From an archaeon (lineage in GTDB: Archaea > Nanobdellota > Nanobdellia > SCGC-AAA011-G17 > VGLX01), in NCBI GenBank assembly GCA_043810595.1, contig JBDRNX010000031.1, positions 25,443-89,442 of the forward strand: a stretch of 64,000 nucleotides of DNA, in the 5' to 3' direction. Under the pieces are notes generated by a model. The model worked only from the letters and a program-made list of their open reading frames with translations, was not told where the DNA came from and made no database searches. A program made the position numbers and the translations under genes. This document shows positions 38,022 to 46,131 of this stretch, piece after piece (the first letter of the stretch is position 1; each line of letters opens with the position of its first letter).

Positions 38022-38058
38022 AAACCTTTAGTTTTTTATTAAAATTTTTTTTATTTTT

Positions 38059-38292
38059 TTAAGTTGAATCTATCAGGCAAACTTTCTCTACCTTTCGGTC
38101 TCTACCAAACTCTTCTTGGTATCTGGATTTTGTCTGGTTTTCTTTGACTTTCTCGAGTAATGTGTACATTCTTTCATATATTTCGAGGTGATCTGTCCTG
38201 TGGCAGTGGTCCATCTGTGTTTTGGTCCACCTTATCAGGTCGTCTATGTCAAAACATTCGTCTAGAAGGTGGTCCTTATACATAGTTTTCAT
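38059..38292 (-). CDS. Hypothetical protein
   Basis: 77-aa ORF. Confidence 0.3.
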   Translation of the reverse strand: MKTMYKDHLLDECFDIDDLIRWTKTQMDHCHRTDHLEIYERMYTLLEKVKENQTKSRYQEEFGRDRKVEKVCLIDST

Positions 38293-38304
38293 TTTCCCCT
38301 CCTT

Positions 38305-38598
38305 TTATACCCCTTTGAACACGTTTTTGACTATCTTTTTAGTTATTAAATATTCCTTTTCACCCTTCTTAGTAAGCTCGTATATCTTCTTTCTCCCGTC
38401 CTTCTTGTAAACTACCAGTTGGTGTTTTTTGAGCTTTTTCAAGGCAGGGTAGATTGTTCCAGGTGTCAGTTTTGTTCCTTTCCTGCTCCCTATGCTCAGT
38501 GCCAGATCGTCCCCGCACCTCTTGCCTTTTTTCAGCTCGTGGAGTATGTGGAACGATAAAAAACCCCTAAGATCTAGAAATTCCGGCACCTCTTTCAT
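38305..38598 (-). CDS. PadR-family transcriptional regulator
   Basis: GDDLALSIGSRKGTKLTPGTIYPALKKLKKHQLV matches the PadR wHTH pattern. Confidence 0.65.
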   Translation of the reverse strand: MKEVPEFLDLRGFLSFHILHELKKGKRCGDDLALSIGSRKGTKLTPGTIYPALKKLKKHQLVVYKKDGRKKIYELTKKGEKEYLITKKIVKNVFKGV

Positions 38599-38812
38599 GT
38601 ATTTATTGTATGCTCAATAATTTATAAACATTATTATTGTATAGCATATATATTGCTTGTAAGATATATTGTTTATAAAATAGATAGTGTAAGCAATACA
38701 TAGTATGAACAATAAGAATGCCCGCTTAAAACTTTTAAGCATTTATGAAAGGTTTTAACACATGCTTTGATTAAAATTTTTTGTCAAAAAGTAGATTTTT
38801 TAAGCATGTTTT

Positions 38813-39247
38813 TTGAACATAACAATTCTTAAATATTTCAGTAGGCTCTTTTTAGGCATGGAAGAGCTCTCCCTGATGAAGAAGTGGATGCTTCTTGTGC
38901 TTTATGTTCTCGCAGCCGTGATTACTTACTTCCTTTTCACGTCTGAAAATGTTATGCTTTTCAAGGTTGTGATTGTCGCTCTTATGTTTATCTTTCTTGT
39001 TTTCTTCACTTTTAATTTTGGTATTTTCAAGCAGAGCTTGGTTCTCCCTTCCGAATCGTCTGACATGTTGCGTTACACCATGTCCTGTCGTTCTTGCGGT
39101 TGGGAATGGATGTCTAATGTGACGAAGAAAGCGCTCGCTCCGACCAAATGTCCTAACTGTGGTGAGGATAAGCTCGAGATCCTGGGCTGGAGAAGGGTAA
39201 AGGTTTTAAATAAGAAAAATAAGGACCTTAAAGAATTCATTAAATGA
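38813..39247 (+). CDS. Membrane protein with a C-terminal zinc ribbon
   Basis: Two TM segments, then CRSCGWEW...CPNCGEDKLE; its stop abuts the tRNA-Lys gene. Confidence 0.45.
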   Translation: MNITILKYFSRLFLGMEELSLMKKWMLLVLYVLAAVITYFLFTSENVMLFKVVIVALMFIFLVFFTFNFGIFKQSLVLPSESSDMLRYTMSCRSCGWEWMSNVTKKALAPTKCPNCGEDKLEILGWRRVKVLNKKNKDLKEFIK

Positions 39248-39321
39248 GGGTCCGTAGCTCAGGTTGGAAGAGCAGCTGGCTCTTAACCAGAAGGTCGTGG
39301 GTTCAAATCCCATCGGGCCCA
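39248..39321 (+). tRNA. tRNA-Lys (anticodon CUU)
   Basis: Manual cloverleaf. Acceptor stem GGGTCCG/CGGGCCC with a single G-U pair; D stem GCTC/GAGC; anticodon loop CTCTTAA with CTT at positions 34-36; T arm GTGGG-TTCAAAT-CCCAT; discriminator A. No encoded CCA. Confidence 0.8.
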
Positions 39322-39457
39322 GTCATTATTTTTTTATTTTCCCGAGTACGAGCATGACTGATACAAGCACAATCATGTTCAGTAGGGCTTATGCTACCAT
39401 ACCTTCCATAAATCCCTCGATAATAAGTAAGGATTAAGAAGTCTTATGTTTAAAAAT

Positions 39458-39667
39458 TTAACTTTCTAGTTTCTCGACCAGACCTATGTTTGGGTAGGTA
39501 TAGCTCCTTATGAAAGAAACTTTTTTTAGGTCGGGTTTTCTGTCTCTTACCCTCCCTGCTTTTTCTACTTTTAATCTTAGCGATGATTCTGGGCTTTTCC
39601 AAAAATATGATTTTTTTGGGTAATCCGGATCTAAAACAAACCCCCCCTCACGTCTATCTCTGTACAA
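39458..39667 (-). CDS. Hypothetical small protein
   Basis: 69-aa ORF; weak. Confidence 0.2.
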   Translation of the reverse strand: MYRDRREGGFVLDPDYPKKSYFWKSPESSLRLKVEKAGRVRDRKPDLKKVSFIRSYTYPNIGLVEKLES

Positions 39668-39822
39668 AAACCCCCATATGTTATGTACTCCCTTAATCTC
39701 TCGTCAATTTTGAAATCTTTCGGGCTATACTGACATTGTCCGAGACAAGAAAGTGTTATGTTATCCATAATATTCTCCTCTTTCCTGTATTAATAAAATA
39801 ATTTGTGTTAAAAAATATAGAA

Positions 39823-40533
39823 TTAACCCAGGTAGTTCAGGTCTTCTTCTCTCTTGCTCTTGTGTTCGGCTGCTTTCTTCCCTTTTTCTAGGATTTCTTT
39901 TATTGTTTGTTCGAATTTCTCGGCTGCTTTTATCAGCGGTTTGTAATCAACGTCTAATCCCAGGTAATCGTCGAGGATTTCTATGACTTTTGCTGCGGCT
40001 TTGCTATCGCCCAGTCCGACGTGGCTTTCTACGAACACACAGGATACCAAAGTTGGGTTTTTTAGGAGTAACGCTCCGGTAACGCCCATAACCATCCCCT
40101 CTTTTAACGGCTGTAATCCGAGGCTTTCGAATGTTTTTTTCTTTGTATCGCTGCTTGCGTAGTAGAATGTCCTCATCCCCTGCTCTTCTGATCCTATCGC
40201 TTCTAAGCTTATGACCTCTTTTGCTTTGACCATTTTTGATAGTTGCAATAAAGCTCCTGATATCTTCCATTCAAGTCCTTTTACTGCACTGAGAGCGTGT
40301 ATTATCACTATGTTGTGTTTTTTATCGTAGTATATCCCTAAAGGTTCGACTACTTTTGAATCATGTACTGCTGCAATTGGCATTAACTCATCTGACCATA
40401 TTTTTCCTATCTGTTTCGCTTCCAAGTGTTTGATCAAGAATTCTGTTGCAATCGTCCCAACCAGTCCGAATCCTGGGAATCCCTCTATTATCACCGGATT
40501 TTTTGGTTTCTGTGCCAACTGTATTTGCATCAA
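39823..40533 (-). CDS. PAC2-family proteasome assembly chaperone (PbaA/PbaB-like)
   Basis: N-terminal IIEGFPGFGLVGTIA is typical of the PAC2 family. Confidence 0.65.
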   Translation of the reverse strand: MMQIQLAQKPKNPVIIEGFPGFGLVGTIATEFLIKHLEAKQIGKIWSDELMPIAAVHDSKVVEPLGIYYDKKHNIVIIHALSAVKGLEWKISGALLQLSKMVKAKEVISLEAIGSEEQGMRTFYYASSDTKKKTFESLGLQPLKEGMVMGVTGALLLKNPTLVSCVFVESHVGLGDSKAAAKVIEILDDYLGLDVDYKPLIKAAEKFEQTIKEILEKGKKAAEHKSKREEDLNYLG

Positions 40534-40623
40534 TCTACCTTAAAACACAAATCCTTTATATACTTTTTGTTAGCACTATCGTAATAGTAAAATATTTAAA
40601 GTTTCTTTTCCTCTTCTTATCTT

Positions 40624-41319
40624 ATGAGGGGGTTTTTACTATTTTTTGTTGTGATGTTTTTGCTTAGCGGCTGCGCTCAGCAGGTCCCTACTCAAATTAT
40701 CAGCAGCAGTTCTTGTGATCAGGAGTTGGAGGACCTTCAGGCATATGTTTCTGAATTAGAGGACAGGATTTCTCTGCTTGAGAAAGAGAATGCCGATATG
40801 AAGAAGCAGCTCGACGATTATTATTTCACTCAAATCACAAGCGATGTTGATTTGCTTGATTGGAACTCAGAGGAGATCATGAGGGGTATGATTCTGTACA
40901 ATGCGAGGTATTCCGAGGGGGGTTGGTGGACTTACTTCTATCATCTTGACACTAAGAATTATTATTACCAGCAGGGTGCTGTCCTCCCAGAGGATCCCTT
41001 CTTTAACTTGAGGTATAAGAACAGCGGTCAGGAGTACAATATCTCAAGTTTGAGGATTATCAACATAGCGCTGGGTAATAGGACGCTAGGTGATGAGACT
41101 TGGAAGGATTATCTCGGTAAAGTTTTGAGGGAGACGCAGGTTGATACGGACTTGACGTGTTACCAGCAGACTGCTTGCAGGCAGATTCAGGTTATTAAGT
41201 GCAATAAGAAGAATCAGAAACTTTATGTCTGGTCTGAAGGTACTAATCTTTTCATGTCCAGGAATGATGAGGGTGTGGTCTTGGATACCTTCCAGAGATT
41301 TTACTGCACTCAAAAATGA
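40624..41319 (+). CDS. Secreted or lipoprotein-like hypothetical protein
   Basis: Signal peptide with lipobox-like LSGCAQQ, then a coiled coil. Confidence 0.45.
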   Translation: MRGFLLFFVVMFLLSGCAQQVPTQIISSSSCDQELEDLQAYVSELEDRISLLEKENADMKKQLDDYYFTQITSDVDLLDWNSEEIMRGMILYNARYSEGGWWTYFYHLDTKNYYYQQGAVLPEDPFFNLRYKNSGQEYNISSLRIINIALGNRTLGDETWKDYLGKVLRETQVDTDLTCYQQTACRQIQVIKCNKKNQKLYVWSEGTNLFMSRNDEGVVLDTFQRFYCTQK

Positions 41320-41666
41320 ACGATTGGTTGGAAAAGATTAAGAGTTCTAAAAAATGGATTATCGTAGAGGGTGAAAAAGATAAGAAAGCGTTGCGCAAGT
41401 TGGGCGTAAAGAATGTTATTTCAATTTCTCGCAAGCCTTTGTTTGAGTTCATTGAAGAGATATCATTAAAACACAAGGAAGTTATAATCCTGACTGACTT
41501 GGATAGGGAAGGTAAGCAGCTTTATCACAGGCTGAAGCAGGGCTTGCAGAAAAATGGTGTTAGGATTGACAATCAATTTAGGGAATCTTTGTTTAAGGAA
41601 ACTCACTTGTCGCAGATTGAGGGGATTTTTCACTATTTTTCTAAGCGCTTTTCTGAGTTGAAGTGA
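41316..41666 (+). CDS. Small Toprim-domain protein
   Basis: IIVEGEKD ... ILTDLDREG, the Toprim E and DxD motifs. Confidence 0.55.
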   Translation: MNDWLEKIKSSKKWIIVEGEKDKKALRKLGVKNVISISRKPLFEFIEEISLKHKEVIILTDLDREGKQLYHRLKQGLQKNGVRIDNQFRESLFKETHLSQIEGIFHYFSKRFSELK

Positions 41667-41949
41667 CCTGTTTGAATTTTTCTTTTGCTTTTCTCTCTTT
41701 CCAGTACACCTGGTGTGAAGAAATCTTTTCAAACAATGCGATGCCCATGGCAACAATGTCACTTTGGTAAGGCTTGAGTCCTTTGTCAACGATTATCTTT
41801 TTTGCCTCGTCTAAGCATTCGCCCATCAGTTTTATGTTTTCTTCTCTCGCCTTAGTCTCCTGCTCCTTTTCCTCTTCTGGGGTGAGCTCTATCTCTTCCC
41901 ATACCTTGTAACTGTCCTTTGTCCTTGGAAAGCTCTTGCTAAATGGCAT
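41641..41949 (-). CDS. Hypothetical protein
   Basis: 102-aa acidic, coiled ORF. Confidence 0.35.
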   Translation of the reverse strand: MPFSKSFPRTKDSYKVWEEIELTPEEEKEQETKAREENIKLMGECLDEAKKIIVDKGLKPYQSDIVAMGIALFEKISSHQVYWKERKAKEKFKQVTSTQKSA

Positions 41950-42001
41950 TTTTCACCCCCTTTAATGAGAACTTGAGTTTAATAAAACTTACTTTTAATT
42001 C

Positions 42002-42271
42002 TTACAGCAACGCCTTTATTTTTTCTATGTATTCCGCAACTTTGTTGCCATTATCTGTAAGTTTTATCATCTTTATCCTGCCCTGTTTGACAAACTCAAC
42101 GAGCTTTGCCCTTTCCATCTCTTGCAGGATTTTAACTGCGTGTGAATAAGTGCAGTCAACTTCTTTTGCTAGAACGCTCCCATACCTGTTTTTACCGCCT
42201 TTTCTCAGAGCAACCAGTATCATCGCCGGTTTTCTCCTGAAAAATACCTCAAAAATATCTTTTTTAACCAT
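42002..42271 (-). CDS. Small HTH/wHTH transcriptional regulator
   Basis: 89 aa with an HTH-like core (YGSVLAKEVDCTYSHAVKILQEMERAKLVE). Confidence 0.45.
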   Translation of the reverse strand: MVKKDIFEVFFRRKPAMILVALRKGGKNRYGSVLAKEVDCTYSHAVKILQEMERAKLVEFVKQGRIKMIKLTDNGNKVAEYIEKIKALL

Positions 42272-42459
42272 CGTGCTCCCCCTATCACACTCTTTCTAGC
42301 GTTATTATCTTGAAACATTCATAATTAATCGCTTATATTTAAATGTTTGCTTTTAAAATATATATCAAAAGCGATAAAACAGAAAGTTTTATATAATTTA
42401 TTTTTAAGTTTTGTGTTTCGGCAAAAACTTTATTAACTTTCCTTCTTTTTCCCTCTCTA

Positions 42460-43743
42460 ATGCTTGATATCAGGTTCATAAGGGAGAACAGGAAGCTTGT
42501 TGAAGAGAACTTGAAAAAGAAGTTCATGCCGGACCGTATCCCCCTTGTTTCTAAGCTTGTTGGCAACTACGAAAGGTCAATAAAAATAAAGCAGGATCTT
42601 GATTCTTTGAGGCATAAGCGCAACCAGATTTCTGAGGAAATAAACCGACTGCAGAAGGAAAAGAAGGATTTCTCTCATAAGATAAAAGAGGTTAAAGAGA
42701 TTCCTGACAGGATTAAGGCCTTGGAGAAGGAGTTTGAGGAATTAACTGCAGTGAACAGGTCTTTGCTGATTAAGGTTCCGAACATCATGCACAAATCCGT
42801 TCCCATCGGCAAGGACGCATCAGAGAATAAGGTGATTAAGAAATGGGGCAAGGTCCCGAAGTTTAAGTTCCCGATAAAAAACCATGTTGAGCTTGCTGAA
42901 AGCCTTGGCGTGGCAGATTTTGATGCTTCTGCTGAGACTTCTGGTAACGGTTTTTATTTTCTTAAGGGTGAGCTTGCTCTGCTTAACCAGGCTCTGATTA
43001 GGTTTGCGATTGACACCTTAGTTAAGAAGAGATACACCTATGTTGAGCCCCCTCTGATAGTAAGGGAGAAGGTTGCTAAGGCCGCTGGCAATTTCGAGCA
43101 GTCCTTGCAGACGATGCTGTACAAGGTGGAGGGGGAGGATTTGCTCCTGATCCCGACAAGTGAACATGCGGTCCTAGGTATGCTGACAAATAAAGCGATA
43201 CCTGAAGAGGACATCCCTTTGAAATTCTGTGCTTATTCGATGTGTTTCAGGAAGGAGATAGGGAGTCACGGAATAAATGAGAAAGGTTTGTGGAGGACTC
43301 ATCAGTTCAACAAAGTGGAGCAGTTTGTTTTCTGCAGGCCTGAGGATTCCTGGAAGTATTATGATGAGTTGCAGAAAAACTCAGAAGAGCTTTTCAGGAA
43401 GTTGAAGATTCCTTACAGGATTTTTGAGTGCTGTTCAGGCGACCTTGGGGATTGGAAGGCAAAAAGCTCTGACCTGGAAGCGTACAGGCCCACTACAGGT
43501 AAGTATGAGGAGGTCGGCTCTTTAAGTAATTGTACAGATTATCAGGCTCGCGACTTGAATATAAAATGCATCGATAAGAAAGGTGAGAAGAGGGTTCTTC
43601 ATACCCTGAATAACACAGCCATTGCGACTTCAAGGGTTATGGTTGTTATACTCGAGAATTACCAGCAGAAGGACGGTTCGATAAAAGTTCCTGCTGTCTT
43701 GCAGAAGTATATGGGGGGAATAAAAAAGATTGGTGGTAAATGA
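42460..43743 (+). CDS. serS: Seryl-tRNA synthetase
   Basis: N-terminal coiled-coil arm and class II motifs 2 (FRKEIGSHG...GLWRTHQF) and 3 (GSLSNCTDYQARDLNIK). Confidence 0.9.
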   Translation: MLDIRFIRENRKLVEENLKKKFMPDRIPLVSKLVGNYERSIKIKQDLDSLRHKRNQISEEINRLQKEKKDFSHKIKEVKEIPDRIKALEKEFEELTAVNRSLLIKVPNIMHKSVPIGKDASENKVIKKWGKVPKFKFPIKNHVELAESLGVADFDASAETSGNGFYFLKGELALLNQALIRFAIDTLVKKRYTYVEPPLIVREKVAKAAGNFEQSLQTMLYKVEGEDLLLIPTSEHAVLGMLTNKAIPEEDIPLKFCAYSMCFRKEIGSHGINEKGLWRTHQFNKVEQFVFCRPEDSWKYYDELQKNSEELFRKLKIPYRIFECCSGDLGDWKAKSSDLEAYRPTTGKYEEVGSLSNCTDYQARDLNIKCIDKKGEKRVLHTLNNTAIATSRVMVVILENYQQKDGSIKVPAVLQKYMGGIKKIGGK

Positions 43744-44363
43744 ACAGAACGGTTAAAAGGCTTATCTTTGTAGAAACGATTTTCCTTTTCGGCTTCGGGC
43801 TTTTCGGTCCTATCTATGCGATTTTTGTCGAAAAGATAGGGGGTAACATTCTTGACGTGGGCATAGCATATTTTATCTTTCTCGTATGTATGGCAACTTT
43901 TGAGTTACCAATGGGCAAGCTTGCTGATAAGTATGGCCGGAAATGGTTCCTTGCTTTTGCTTATTTCCTTGCAGGGCTGACTTTCTTGGGTTATATTTTT
44001 GTTGAGAACATCTATCATATATTCTTCCTTCAAGTTTTGTATGGTGCTACTTTGGCAATCGGCGACCCTGCCTGGGATGCTTGGTTTTCTCGTTCTTTAG
44101 ATAGGTCTAAGGAAAGTTTTGAGTGGGCGTTATTTCACATGTCCACCGGTTATGCAGAGGCGATTTCTGCTTTGATTGGCGGTGCAATAGGCTATTTTAT
44201 CGGTTTTAAGACATTGTTTGTTATAAGTGCAGGTCTTGCTATTGTAAGCGGAATAGTAACTTTGGGATTGAAAGATTTTAAAATTGAGGGTCCTAAGCAT
44301 CATGTGTTTCATAGAAGGCACCTTTGTAAGAGAAGATTTGTTAAAAAAATAAAAAGGGGTTAG
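43740..44363 (+). CDS. Half-size MFS-type transporter (six TM only); possibly truncated or a pseudogene
   Basis: The MFS loop motif GKLADKYGRKW sits between TM2 and TM3. The ORF ends after about 6 TMs (207 aa) and overlaps the serS stop by 4 nt (ATGA). Confidence 0.45.
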   Translation: MNRTVKRLIFVETIFLFGFGLFGPIYAIFVEKIGGNILDVGIAYFIFLVCMATFELPMGKLADKYGRKWFLAFAYFLAGLTFLGYIFVENIYHIFFLQVLYGATLAIGDPAWDAWFSRSLDRSKESFEWALFHMSTGYAEAISALIGGAIGYFIGFKTLFVISAGLAIVSGIVTLGLKDFKIEGPKHHVFHRRHLCKRRFVKKIKRG

Positions 44364-44423
44364 GTTCTAACTATTTTTGAAAAAAGGAAAGATTTTTAAA
44401 GCGACCTTTTTTCTGTTTTCAAC

Positions 44424-45134
44424 ATGGAACCTACAGAGAGTAAAGTACCAAAACACATAGGAATTATATTAGATGGGAACAGGCGTTTTGCCAAGCGGCT
44501 TATGATAAAGCCATGGAAGGGACACGAGTTTGGCGCTAAGAAGATTTGGAAGCTTTTTGACTGGTGTAAGGAGCTCGAAATACATGAGGTTACCCTATAT
44601 ACCTTTTCCATCGAGAACTTTAACAGACCTAAGGACGAGTTTGATTACTTGATGCAGCTTTTTCAGAAGGAGTTTAAGGCTGTTAAGAACGACCCGAGGA
44701 TTCACAAGAACAAGATAAGGATTAATTTCATAGGTAGGATTGAAATGTTTCCTAAGCTTGTTTATGATGCTATGAAGGAGCTGATGGAAGCTACCAAGAA
44801 TTACAAGGATTACATCGTTAATTTTGCTATGGCTTATGGTGGCAGGGCAGAAATTATTGACGCTATTAAGAAGATTGCTCAGAAGATCAAGGAAGGCAAA
44901 GTTGACGTTGACCAGATCAACGAGCAGATTTTCTCTAAGGAGCTTTACATGGAGAGCGAGCCCGACCTCATAATAAGAACTTCTGGTGAGCAGAGAACTT
45001 CTGGGTTCTTGATATGGCAGGGTTCTTACGCTGAGCTTTACTGGTGTCCTAAGAATTGGCCAGAATTCGAAAAAGAAGATTTGATTGAGGCTATAGAAGA
45101 TTACATGCTTAGGGAGAGAAGGTTTGGTAGATAA
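44424..45134 (+). CDS. uppS: Undecaprenyl/di-trans,poly-cis-prenyl diphosphate synthase (cis-prenyltransferase)
   Basis: HIGIILDGNRRFAKR and the C-terminal ELYW...ERRFG signature. Confidence 0.85.
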   Translation: MEPTESKVPKHIGIILDGNRRFAKRLMIKPWKGHEFGAKKIWKLFDWCKELEIHEVTLYTFSIENFNRPKDEFDYLMQLFQKEFKAVKNDPRIHKNKIRINFIGRIEMFPKLVYDAMKELMEATKNYKDYIVNFAMAYGGRAEIIDAIKKIAQKIKEGKVDVDQINEQIFSKELYMESEPDLIIRTSGEQRTSGFLIWQGSYAELYWCPKNWPEFEKEDLIEAIEDYMLRERRFGR

Positions 45135-45142
45135 CCAGTAAA

Positions 45143-45745
45143 ATGAAAATTCTTGCTGCTGGCGACCTTCACGGCGATACGAGGCTTGCTAACGCTTTGG
45201 CTAGGAAGGCTGAGAAGAATAAGGTAGACCTCGTTGTTCTTTGCGGCGATATAACTCTTGATGACTGTTCTACTTCAAATCTTATAGGCCCTTTCGTTAA
45301 GAGGAAGAAGAAAGTTCTTTTAGTTCCAGGCAATCATGAGACCCTGGCTACTGCTGATTTTCTTGCGGAGCTTTATGATGCAACAAACCTTCATGCTTAC
45401 TCTGTTAAGGTTAAGGGTGTCGGTTTCTTCGGCTGCGGTTTTGCCAATGTCGGGTTGAACAGGTTGAAGGAGGAAGAGATTACAAAGATATTGAGTAGGG
45501 CTTATCAGAAGATAAAGAGTGCTAAGAAGAAGATTATGGTCACTCACGTTCACCCCGAGGGGACTTTGATGGGTAAACTTACCTCTTTCTTCCCAGGTTC
45601 TTCTGGAGTTAGGAAGGCGGTGAGCAAGCTTAAACCGGACATCTTGTTGTGCAGTCACGTTCACGAGGCAGAAGGTGTGGAAGAAAAAATCGGTAGAACA
45701 AAAATAATTAATGTGGGTAGGCAAGGTAAGATAATAAAAATCTAA
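45143..45745 (+). CDS. Calcineurin-like metallophosphoesterase
   Basis: GDLHGD, GDITLDD, GNHE and HVH motifs. Confidence 0.65.
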   Translation: MKILAAGDLHGDTRLANALARKAEKNKVDLVVLCGDITLDDCSTSNLIGPFVKRKKKVLLVPGNHETLATADFLAELYDATNLHAYSVKVKGVGFFGCGFANVGLNRLKEEEITKILSRAYQKIKSAKKKIMVTHVHPEGTLMGKLTSFFPGSSGVRKAVSKLKPDILLCSHVHEAEGVEEKIGRTKIINVGRQGKIIKI

Positions 45746-45966
45746 AGCCCTAGTTCTTTGAACTCGTCTCTTATCTCTTGTTTCCTGCTTCTCATCCTGT
45801 TCTGGGCATATTTGTTCCAGCACTCTTTCTCGAAGTACTGGTCTTCACCGTATTCGTTCTTTCTTAATACGTAGTTTTCCGGCTTCAAGTTTCCGAGAAC
45901 GTCAATTTTATCCACTATCTTGAAGTTTTTGTTGCAGAATTGACACCTTTTCATATCGTCTGCCAT
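45742..45966 (-). CDS. Small Cys-containing hypothetical protein
   Basis: 74 aa with CQFC...C. Confidence 0.3.
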   Translation of the reverse strand: MADDMKRCQFCNKNFKIVDKIDVLGNLKPENYVLRKNEYGEDQYFEKECWNKYAQNRMRSRKQEIRDEFKELGL

Positions 45967-46131
45967 ATGCTTACCCTATCTTTTTAGGGATTTAAATTTT
46001 TTCGTTATTCAGAATATACTCCCTTTTTTATCTGGCTTAGCATGATGTTGTGGTACTCTACCTCCCAGGCTCTGAGCATTCTTTGTTCTAAACAGAAAGT
46101 TTTTAATAACTTGGTTTTTATTCGTCTTTCT

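Noticed and set aside
36997-39321. Integrase plus tRNA as proof of an integrated provirus or plasmid
   Set aside because: The recombinase has XerA/XerCD-type motifs expected for chromosome dimer resolution. I found no att direct repeat of the tRNA 3' end and no structural or replication genes of a mobile element, so this is kept only as a low-confidence possibility.
46042-46131. Upstream 30-codon extension of topA (MMLWYSTSQ...)
   Set aside because: Toprim domains begin right at the N-terminus (MAELIITEKPS), and the extension has no function and a poor start context.
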